In this document: positions 1 through 5,516 of the stretch, in pieces
Position numbering within the stretch: the stretch's first letter is position 1
Layout of the letters: each line of letters starts with the position of its first letter
Virus record (IMG/VR): IMGVR_UViG_3300045988_011356
DNA: 5,753 bases
Source: a virus
Direction: 5' to 3' (one strand)
Made by a program: the position numbers and the translations under genes
The notes under the pieces: model-generated
What the model was told of the DNA's origin: nothing
Databases searched by the model: none
What the model saw: the letters and a program-made list of their open reading frames with translations, nothing else

Positions 1-95
1 ATTTTTTTTCGCGTACGTCTATATGCGTAAAGTTTGTGTATCTGATTACGCCGCCTTCTTCCATAATTTTGCTTGCGTATTCTGCTACCTCTTTG
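1..95. repeat. Terminal direct repeat, copy 1 (identical to 5659..5753); overlap of a circular genome with a 5658-nt unit length
   Basis: Base-by-base comparison shows 1..95 (attttttttcgcgtacg...ctacctctttg) equals 5659..5753. The repeat runs to both window ends and lies inside a coding sequence. Confidence 0.95.
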
Positions 96-367
96 CTTGT
101 GTGGTTTTTTACTACAATATCTGCTGCCATTCCTTTGCAATGGTATGAATTAGGCGCTCCGCCTATTTTGCTATTCCAGCTTGGTGTCCTGTATCCGCTG
201 TTAATTGTTACTGGTTCTTTGAAATGGTTTCGGATTGCTTCTAGTGTATCTATCAGTCTGTCTGCAATTAGGAATTCTTCACTTCCGTCTTTGCATTGAA
301 ATTCTTTTGTGCTGAAGTGTTCGCTTAGCTTTTTTGTTTTTGTATTCATTAGCCAAATCATTTTCAT
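1..367 (-). CDS. Zn-dependent peptidoglycan peptidase, Peptidase M15A / M15_3 (VanY/YcbK-like) family, putative endolysin. The window holds the N-terminal 122 codons; the ORF continues across the circular junction to the stop at 5644..5642 (127 aa in total)
   Basis: Hand translation of the minus strand from ATG 367..365 gives MKMIWLMNTKTKKLSEHFSTKEFQCKDGSEEFLIADRLIDTLEAIRNHFKEPVTINSGYRTPSWNSKIGGAPNSYHCKGMAADIVVKNHTSKEVAEYASKIMEEGGVIRYTNFTHIDVREKK, then YRKGV* across the junction. It carries the family pattern SxxFxxxEFxC, INSGYR, N..IGGA..S.H..G.AAD and a final HxD (predicted Zn ligands H76, D83, H115). A GGAAGGA Shine-Dalgarno lies 8 nt upstream of the ATG. The ORF is missing from the track because it has no stop inside the window. 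Confidence 0.9.
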   Translation of the reverse strand, partial: MKMIWLMNTKTKKLSEHFSTKEFQCKDGSEEFLIADRLIDTLEAIRNHFKEPVTINSGYRTPSWNSKIGGAPNSYHCKGMAADIVVKNHTSKEVAEYASKIMEEGGVIRYTNFTHIDVREKK

Positions 368-393
368 GGCGTTTTCCTTCCTTTCTTTGTTTA

Positions 394-422
394 ATTGTAT
401 TATATTTTTGAAAAAAAGTCAA
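394..422 (-). promoter_or_regulatory. Sigma70/sigmaA-type promoter candidate for the peptidase-first transcription unit
   Basis: Minus strand reads TTGACT (422..417), a 17-nt spacer, then TACAAT (399..394), with an overlapping TATAAT. An A/T-rich UP-like tract (attaaaattctaaaaaaa) lies just upstream. The -10 box is about 26 nt upstream of the peptidase ATG. Confidence 0.5.
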
Positions 423-553
423 GTTTTTTTAGAATTTTAATTGATATGTCAGTAGCCGGCTTTGCTCCTTTGTTTTGAATGGCGCTTTAGCGCCTTGCCG
501 TGCGTAGCGTATGCGGAGCTCGGCTAATCCGTTCCTTGTAAGCGCTGTGCGCG

Positions 554-720
554 TTTTCAACACTTTCAACACTTTCAACAGGTTTTCAACATAAAGTTGC
601 ACAATGATTTTAGTCATTTTGACGAACTTTCAACAATTCAACAAGTTTTCAACAAAACTTTCAACAGTGTTTTTTGCTTTTTATTTACGCTTTATCGTTA
701 AATTTTCGTACTTTTCAACT
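554..720. repeat. Iteron-like array: 8 exact TTCAACA heptamers plus 1 TTCAACT variant, all in the same orientation, in two clusters of four
   Basis: TTCAACA starts at 556, 565, 574 and 585 (spacing 9, 9, 11), and at 629, 637, 648 and 660 (spacing 8, 11, 12). TTCAACT starts at 714. The longer consensus is (A/T)CTTTCAACA, which reads TGTTGAAAG on the coding strand. I found no other exact copy elsewhere in the window by eye. Confidence 0.9.
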
Positions 721-766
721 TTTCTACTGCCTCTACTACTACTCCTACAACAAGTTATATATTATA

Positions 767-798
767 CGGCGCTTGTGAGCTTGCGAACAATAGCGCCG
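767..798. repeat. GC-rich inverted repeat (hairpin in ssDNA)
   Basis: CGGCGCT (767..773) pairs with AGCGCCG (792..798). An inner TTGT/ACAA pairing is possible if 2 nt are bulged. Confidence 0.7.
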
Positions 799-803
799 AA
801 GAG

Positions 804-847
804 CCGCGCGCGCGCGCGTGCGCGCTTCGCGCGCGCGCACGCGCGCG
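804..847. repeat. Alternating (CG)n tract containing a perfect 15-bp palindrome
   Basis: CGCGCGCGTGCGCGC (811..825) is the exact reverse complement of GCGCGCACGCGCGCG (833..847). The loop is ttcgcgc (826..832). The single T819/A839 pair fixes the register. Purine-pyrimidine alternation runs 805..825 and 828..847. Confidence 0.95.
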
Positions 848-902
848 ATAAAGTATAGCTATTTGATAGACTGAATAGTTTGATACATGGAGTCTTTAGA
901 CG

Positions 903-938
903 ACAAAAGCCAAGTACCTTACTTGATAGGTACTTGGC
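903..938 (-). terminator. Rho-independent terminator downstream of VP4
   Basis: Minus strand reads GCCAAGTACCT-atcaagta-AGGTACTTGGC (11-bp stem, 8-nt loop; 938..909) followed directly by TTTTGT. It starts 21 nt after the VP4 stop. There is no T-run on the plus-strand side. Confidence 0.65.
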
Positions 939-958
939 TAGGTGACACTATGACACTG

Positions 959-1978
959 TTAAAGTGTCCCTCTCTTCTTTATCTGCTTCTTTATTACTCT
1001 CTCTTTCGTTTTACACTGTTCTGCAAAGTCTGCGTTTTCGTACTTTAGTCGGTTTTCTGCGATCGCCGCTGCTTGTCTGTTCTGTTTAATTCTCCACAAT
1101 CTTTGTGGGTTTTCAGCTTCCATCATTTTTTCATAATAGCGCGGAATTTGTGCGTGTTTGCCGTTTGTGCATTGGATATAGCCTTGTCTCCAGATCTCTT
1201 TTTTGTGTTCTTGGTAATAGTGATCTCCTAAGCCTGGTTTAAGACTCATGCATGCAAAAGGTTTTTGTTGCCCTAGTTCGTAGTATGCGTTTGCTTTCTG
1301 ACCGTTAATTTCGTACATCTTTTTCGTTACGTACCCTGCAACATATCTATAGGTTTCCGGCACTGCTTGTGCTATCTGTATTTGACCCATTCCCCATAGG
1401 TTTGTAAGCCATTTACTTGTGAAATATCCGTTGTGTTGTATCTTGTATAGGTGCTCTAGGTCTGTTGGTCGCCATCCATACAGTATCATATGATAATGCG
1501 GTCTTGCTGTTTGTTCTCCGTATTCTCCCGCCACGAAATAGCGTAATTTGCCCCTGTAAGCCTTTCTGAGACGTTTTAAGAACTTTTGAACATCAGTATA
1601 CAGCAAAGTTTGGACGCTTTCAGGGCGTTTCTCTCCCGGTTTCCAGACGTATTGTACCTTTCGTATGATTTCACCTGTGTTTACTATCATGCCCGGTACG
1701 TGGTCATCATCATACGTTAATGTGATAAACCATACTTCTTCTCTTGGATAGTCTCGTGCTTCTAATTCTATTCGTGTTGTCCAGTCCTCTCTTTGTCTGA
1801 TTCTACATCCGATGCACTGCCCGCATGGTATTAACATGACATCTTTTCTATACATTACATCTTCATATTTGAGCTGTTTCCCGCTTATTTCAGAAAAGCG
1901 GGAAAGTGTATACACCCTCCCGCTGATGTCTTTATCGTTCGGGTTGTACAGCCTTATTAATGGCTTGTAACAACTCAT
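959..1978 (-). CDS. VP4: Replication initiation protein VP4 (HUH rolling-circle endonuclease, phiX174 gene A analogue)
   Basis: 339-aa ORF. It has the CGQCIGCR zinc-ribbon-like motif, FITLTYDD (RCR motif 1), PHYHMILYG (HUH motif 2) and YRYVAGYVTKK (catalytic Tyr motif 3). Its ATG overlaps the VP2 stop as ATGA. Confidence 0.93.
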   Translation of the reverse strand: MSCYKPLIRLYNPNDKDISGRVYTLSRFSEISGKQLKYEDVMYRKDVMLIPCGQCIGCRIRQREDWTTRIELEARDYPREEVWFITLTYDDDHVPGMIVNTGEIIRKVQYVWKPGEKRPESVQTLLYTDVQKFLKRLRKAYRGKLRYFVAGEYGEQTARPHYHMILYGWRPTDLEHLYKIQHNGYFTSKWLTNLWGMGQIQIAQAVPETYRYVAGYVTKKMYEINGQKANAYYELGQQKPFACMSLKPGLGDHYYQEHKKEIWRQGYIQCTNGKHAQIPRYYEKMMEAENPQRLWRIKQNRQAAAIAENRLKYENADFAEQCKTKERVIKKQIKKRGTL

Positions 1979-2838
1979 TTCAAATAATCACCCGGCTTCC
2001 TTTTTTCTCCGTAGTTTCCTGTTTTGTTTTGTGGTTTCATGCTTCTGCTCTGTTCTGCGCTTTTTTCTGTCTTTGCTGTTGCATCTTTTATGGCCTTGCT
2101 TGTGTCGTTTCCTACTTCTGTAAGCGCCTTTTGCAGTCCGTATGGCGTCATGTGCGTTGTGCTGAGCATTTGTTGCCAGCTTTGTGCGGCATTGTACCAG
2201 TCACTTTGACTCCAGCTTGTGCTTGAGTATGCATTTGGTACAAATCCACCGCTTCTGCTTACTCCTAGTGCGCTACTGCTTGCAAGTCCCATACTTGCGC
2301 CGCTGATTGTTCCTGCTGATCCGCCCGGTGTGCTTGCACCTCCGTTAGAAAATGCTAAAATCGGATTTAGGCCTGCTTTTTTCATATCTTCAACCGCACG
2401 CTGGTATGCCGTGCTTGACATGTGTTCTTGCCATTCACGGTTTGCTAGTGCTTCTGCACTGTTGTAGTTCATTGCTACGTTGTTTTCAATGTGGTTATAT
2501 ACGCCTTGCATGATTGCTTGTAAGGTGTTATAACCCATCTGTTTTAACATGCTTTGACTGTTATATTTACCTTGCATGGCAGCTTCTTGCCCTTGGTATG
2601 CGTATGCCTGTTTAAGCCAGTCGTTTACCTGCTGAATGTTTGTGCCTGCTTGACTTCCACTCTCTGAGTGTCCACCGCCCTGGCTTACGCTTCCGCCTTG
2701 ACTTTGGCTGTTGCCTTCTTGTCCGTACCCGCCAAAAGCTCCAGCAATGTTTTTTGTTGCTCCGGCGATTGTTCCAATTGTATTTGCCACGTTTCCTGCT
2801 ACGTTTAGTGCTGTTAAGAATCCTGATAATGCTCCCAT
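1975..2838 (-). CDS. VP2: Minor capsid / DNA pilot protein VP2 (phiX174 H analogue)
   Basis: 287-aa ORF with a Gly/Ala-rich hydrophobic N-terminus and a G/S/Q low-complexity linker. It carries the conserved-looking STAYQRAVEDMKKAGLNPILAF motif typical of gokushovirus VP2. It sits directly after VP1. Confidence 0.85.
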   Translation of the reverse strand: MGALSGFLTALNVAGNVANTIGTIAGATKNIAGAFGGYGQEGNSQSQGGSVSQGGGHSESGSQAGTNIQQVNDWLKQAYAYQGQEAAMQGKYNSQSMLKQMGYNTLQAIMQGVYNHIENNVAMNYNSAEALANREWQEHMSSTAYQRAVEDMKKAGLNPILAFSNGGASTPGGSAGTISGASMGLASSSALGVSRSGGFVPNAYSSTSWSQSDWYNAAQSWQQMLSTTHMTPYGLQKALTEVGNDTSKAIKDATAKTEKSAEQSRSMKPQNKTGNYGEKRKPGDYLK

Positions 2839-2840
2839 TT

Positions 2841-2865
2841 AAAAATTGCCCGGATTTCTCCGGGC
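2841..2865 (-). terminator. Terminator-like hairpin between VP1 and VP2; it also separates the VP2 Shine-Dalgarno from the VP2 start codon
   Basis: Minus strand reads TAA(VP1 stop)-GAAAGGAGGAA-GCCCGGA-GAAA-TCCGGGC-AATTTTTAA-ATG(VP2). The stem is 7 bp (2865..2848) with a GAAA loop, followed by a U5 run. Confidence 0.5.
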
Positions 2866-2876
2866 TTCCTCCTTTC

Positions 2877-4523
2877 TTACAGTTTGTACAAGCCAGGTAC
2901 GCTGTATAACGGCATACGTCTTGTGGTTTTGTTTGCTACGCGGATTGCACCGAAAAATTGTGGCTCGTTTTGCACGATAAGTGTGCGTGCAATTTCTGCT
3001 TTTCCTTCTTCCATCCAGTCTTGCGACAGTGTCGGTACGGTTGAATATTTGTCAGCATAATGCCAAAAATCCAGTGTTCCGGTTGCGTTGCTTCGCATTT
3101 TACTGGACACCCGGTTAGGCTTCATGCGATAGTCTGCCCATGCTTCTTGATATCCGAACGTTTCTTCGTCTGTTTCCTTGCCGGTGAGCATGATTTCTTT
3201 CTTTTTTACGGGCTGCTCGCCTAGGTTTGCGAACTGCGGTACGTAATAGTCAAGCCTGTCGGTTCTGCTCCAGAAACGTTCCAAACCTTGCTGATAACTG
3301 CGATTGTGTCGTACACAACATACACCGATGATAAATCCGTGCTCTTCAAAAGACTTTGTAAAGCTGCTTTCGTTGATTGGCGTTACTGACATTGCACCGG
3401 TTTCGCCTATGGGCGTGTCGTTATTTGTCTGCTGTCCGCTTGTTTGCACGATCTGATTGATATTGATGTGGTACCTGCCGCCGCCAAGGTATTCCGGCAC
3501 CTGTACGGTTTTATCGCTGATAACCACGTCCCACAGTGCTTGTACCTGTTCACGGTAACGGCTGCCACCTCTTGCAAGTGCTTCGTAGTACTGCTGTACT
3601 GCTACGGCTTTTCTTAGGTCGTTGATGGTTGCTGCGGTTACAGAACTGAGGTCAGTTCCCATATACCCCGCTTTATTGCTGCCCATTACCGTAGCTGGCT
3701 TTTTTCCGTCTATTGCCACTGTATTAAAAATTTCTCCGTTTGTACTTAATTCCACAGTATACGATTCCGGCTGCTCTTCATTTAGTTTGTCGTCTTTATA
3801 CAGTTTCACTGCCGCGTTTCCTTCCATCGGCAGTGACACAACCGGCCCACGCTGAGGATAAGGCAGACACGATGTGAAGTAGTCATGGAATTTATTTACG
3901 GGAAGGCATCTGCCGCCGGTAATTGCTTCCTTTAGAATTGCTTCAATTTTTTCATCGTTCTTGCTGTCTGCGTATGTTACGCTGCTATCGTCTTTTTTGA
4001 ATACTGCAGCGTTATCTATGTTTTCGTCTCTGAAAAATTCGTTCCAGATCATGACATATGCTCGAATTGGTAAGGCATTCACTGAAAAATTTGCTTCTAT
4101 TTTTGTTGGCACGCCCATATAGTCTAGGATGCTTCCTTCTGCTGGGCTTGGCGTTTTGGTTGCTGTGTTTCCCCCTACGATGTTAATTTGTGGTACATGA
4201 TAGTTTTTGGTCGGCATCCATGGCGTTTCCTCTACTTCTCCCATGAAGTATTTGAAGTTGTCCCATAGAATCCGGTTAGGACAATAGAAATAGTAGAAGT
4301 CAATGAATGCATCGTCAAAAACAGGATACTTCGGAGTTGTCATTCGAATGATTGCTGACGTGTCTACGTTGAAGGTATCGCCCGGTAATACCTCATCAAC
4401 ATAGAATGGAATCAGCTTGCCGGAATCGAATGTTGTTAAAATTGTCTGGTCACGGTTAAACCGTGTACGGCTCGCTTTCATTTCCGGAATCTGGTTAAAG
4501 TGCCGTTCATTGTTTCGATTCAC
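2877..4523 (-). CDS. VP1: Major capsid protein VP1 (phiX174 F analogue, gokushovirus type)
   Basis: 548-aa ORF. The N-terminal pattern HFNQIPE..SRTRFNRDQTILTTFDSGKLIPFYVDEVLPGDTF...FYCPNRILWDNF is characteristic of Microviridae VP1. The start is GTG (4523..4521), 7 nt after AGGAGG, and it overlaps the VP3 stop as GTGA. Confidence 0.96.
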   Translation of the reverse strand: MNRNNERHFNQIPEMKASRTRFNRDQTILTTFDSGKLIPFYVDEVLPGDTFNVDTSAIIRMTTPKYPVFDDAFIDFYYFYCPNRILWDNFKYFMGEVEETPWMPTKNYHVPQINIVGGNTATKTPSPAEGSILDYMGVPTKIEANFSVNALPIRAYVMIWNEFFRDENIDNAAVFKKDDSSVTYADSKNDEKIEAILKEAITGGRCLPVNKFHDYFTSCLPYPQRGPVVSLPMEGNAAVKLYKDDKLNEEQPESYTVELSTNGEIFNTVAIDGKKPATVMGSNKAGYMGTDLSSVTAATINDLRKAVAVQQYYEALARGGSRYREQVQALWDVVISDKTVQVPEYLGGGRYHININQIVQTSGQQTNNDTPIGETGAMSVTPINESSFTKSFEEHGFIIGVCCVRHNRSYQQGLERFWSRTDRLDYYVPQFANLGEQPVKKKEIMLTGKETDEETFGYQEAWADYRMKPNRVSSKMRSNATGTLDFWHYADKYSTVPTLSQDWMEEGKAEIARTLIVQNEPQFFGAIRVANKTTRRMPLYSVPGLYKL

Positions 4524-4930
4524 TTTTCTTCCTCCTTTGTTTTAGGTTCTGCTTCAGGTTCTGCTTTTGTTTTTTCCGCTGCCATTTTTTGCAGTTCTTC
4601 AAGTTTCATGGCGTTTGCTTGTGCGGTCGCTATCATGCGATGATACTCGTGAACGTTTTGCGGAAATTCGGTGATATCCACTTCTGTTCCGTTTAATGCG
4701 CCTTCTGACAAGCTTTTAAGATACTGCGGATCAAAACTTGCTTTTCTAACAATGTTTTTGATATCGCATTCATCCGCATAGCTTTCAATTTCTTGCTGGA
4801 TGTCGATTGGTGTTGTTTCCTGCAGCACTTCTTGTCCTTTTTCGTCTTTCGTCCATACGTATTGTTTTCGGAACTTTTCTCCTGATTTAGAAAAGAAGGG
4901 CTCTCGCCCTTCTTCATATCGTTTATTCAT
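4520..4930 (-). CDS. VP3: Internal scaffolding protein VP3
   Basis: I take the internal ATG at 4930 (MNKRYEEGREPFF...) as the start because GGGAGGGAAAG lies 4 nt upstream. The track start at 5050 has no comparable SD and sits inside the upstream gene. The pattern IDIQQEIESYADECDIKNIVRKA...DITEFPQNVHEYHRMIATAQ plus an acidic C-terminal tail fits gokushovirus VP3. The gene is directly upstream of VP1. Confidence 0.8.
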   Translation of the reverse strand: MNKRYEEGREPFFSKSGEKFRKQYVWTKDEKGQEVLQETTPIDIQQEIESYADECDIKNIVRKASFDPQYLKSLSEGALNGTEVDITEFPQNVHEYHRMIATAQANAMKLEELQKMAAEKTKAEPEAEPKTKEEEK

Positions 4931-5162
4931 GCGGCTTTCCCTCCCATACCTTTTCGGTGTCGTTCGTGAATGTACCGGTTTCGTCTTCGAACACTGCCAA
5001 TTTGAAGCCAGTATAGTCGCCCGGCGCCTGTCCGATGAAAGTTTTTTCATCTTTTTCCATTACGTTGCACATCCGTGCAAACGTTGCATTGTTTTTGCTT
5101 TCACCTACCCATGCATAGCTTTTTGCCACTTCGTCCCATACACCATAATAATTGTGTTTCAT
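4923..5162 (-). CDS. Small non-structural protein, VP5-like (tentative family call)
   Basis: 79-aa ORF with an AAAGGAAAA SD-like element upstream. It overlaps the VP3 start by 8 nt. Its size, its position before VP3, and the pattern Y.VWDEVAKSY....NNATFARM....PGDY..FKLAVFEDETGTF resemble the gokushovirus ORF5/VP5 family as I recall it. Confidence 0.6.
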   Translation of the reverse strand: MKHNYYGVWDEVAKSYAWVGESKNNATFARMCNVMEKDEKTFIGQAPGDYTGFKLAVFEDETGTFTNDTEKVWEGKPHE

Positions 5163-5179
5163 TGTTGTTTTCCTTTCTT

Positions 5180-5302
5180 TTACAGGCGGATGCCGCCGCG
5201 CATAGGTTTCTGGCTGAGGTTGATGGTTTTGGTTTTGCGTGCGGTTACGTTAAACATTCGGCGGTCTTTTGCGCCGTTCATTGTCTTACGATGTCGTGCC
5301 AT
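5180..5302 (-). CDS. Small basic DNA-binding/packaging protein (gokushovirus ORF8/VP8-like, phiX174 J analogue)
   Basis: Hand translation gives MARHRKTMNGAKDRRMFNVTARKTKTINLSQKPMRGGIRL* (40 aa). 12 of the 40 residues are Arg or Lys, plus one His. The PMRGGIRL C-terminus is like chlamydiaphage ORF8. GAAGGGAG lies 7 nt before the ATG. The ORF is below the track size cutoff and overlaps the upstream ORF by 17 nt. Confidence 0.75.
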   Translation of the reverse strand: MARHRKTMNGAKDRRMFNVTARKTKTINLSQKPMRGGIRL

Positions 5303-5513
5303 TAGTGTACTCCCTTCGCATTAGTTCTAATTCGATGTCGCTTACAAAGCTTTTCATTTGCCAAATTTCATTTACTAGTCTATTAGCGTCCTCGATTTTT
5401 GTCACTTTTTTAAGCATTTTGTAATTGCTATCGATTTCTTTGTATTTTCGTTCGAGTAGAATTTCCAGTTCTTCTTTGGCCTGGTCTCTTACGTTCCATG
5501 CTTTATGCATCAT
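5286..5513 (-). CDS. Hypothetical protein, 75 aa, highly charged, predicted helical/coiled-coil
   Basis: ORF on the coding strand with a strong AAAGGAGT SD 5 nt before ATGATG. It sits 3 nt after the upstream ORF. I recognise no family. Confidence 0.6.
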   Translation of the reverse strand: MMHKAWNVRDQAKEELEILLERKYKEIDSNYKMLKKVTKIEDANRLVNEIWQMKSFVSDIELELMRREYTNGTTS

Positions 5514-5516
5514 GGT

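Noticed and set aside
1-95. Terminal repeats as biological LTR, ITR, att or cos-type ends
   Set aside because: The repeats are direct, extend exactly to both window edges, and cut through the peptidase reading frame, which becomes intact only on circularisation. This is the signature of a circular contig linearised with overlap.
440-560. Possible tRNA or other structured RNA gene in the GC-rich part of the non-coding region
   Set aside because: I could not build a cloverleaf. There is no GTTCRANYC T-loop and no acceptor-stem pairing. The GGCGC-ttta-GCGCC hairpin has a 4-nt loop. An ncRNA cannot be excluded without covariance-model searches.
429-617. 62-aa minus-strand ORF (MTKIIVQLYVENLLKVLKVLK...) inside the non-coding region
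   Set aside because: It has no SD-like element upstream, unlike every other gene here. Its N-terminal third is simply the TTCAACA repeats read in frame (ENLLKVLKVLK), and the rest crosses the GC hairpins. It ends just before the promoter -35 box, so it cannot be fully excluded. Conservation or ribosome profiling would settle the question.
554-720. TTCAACA repeats as a CRISPR array or as coding tandem repeats
   Set aside because: The units are 7 to 10 bp with 1 to 5 bp between them, not repeats of about 30 bp with unique spacers. No supported ORF covers them.
752-766. AT-rich near-palindrome AAGTTATATATTATAC as a XerC/D dif-like integration site, as used by some gokushovirus prophages
   Set aside because: Only the central TATATATTAT resembles the dif sequences I recall. 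The flanking 11-bp arms do not match the Bacillus or E. coli dif arms. The same bases also form a TATAAT box on the minus strand, with a poor -35 (TTGTTC, 18-nt spacer), so the evidence for either role is weak.
4693-4917. 74-aa lysine-rich ORF overprinted in the +1 frame of VP3 on the coding strand, a possible phiX174-style overlapping gene
   Set aside because: It has no SD. The basic composition is what results when GAA/GAG-rich VP3 codons are frame-shifted to AAG/AGA. No motif is recognisable. It would be worth revisiting only if the frame stays open across divergent relatives.
4931-5050. N-terminal 40-codon extension of VP3 given by the track (start at 5050)
   Set aside because: The extension lies wholly inside the VP5-like gene in another frame and has only a weak GGAAAAAG upstream element. 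The internal ATG at 4930 has GGGAGGG at ideal spacing, and the recognisable VP3 sequence begins after it.
36-5324. All plus-strand ORFs in the track (36..299, 604..858, 1960..2226, 2024..2209, 2219..2467, 2640..2909, 3622..3855, 4800..5324, 5075..5305), several of which look membrane-like because they are rich in F, L and C
   Set aside because: All but 604..858 lie antisense to well-supported minus-strand genes. 604..858 lies in the non-coding region and reads through the iteron and (CG)n repeats. Their hydrophobicity follows from the T-rich plus strand. None has a convincing SD, and Microviridae transcribe one strand only. 36..299 is the antisense shadow of the M15 peptidase.
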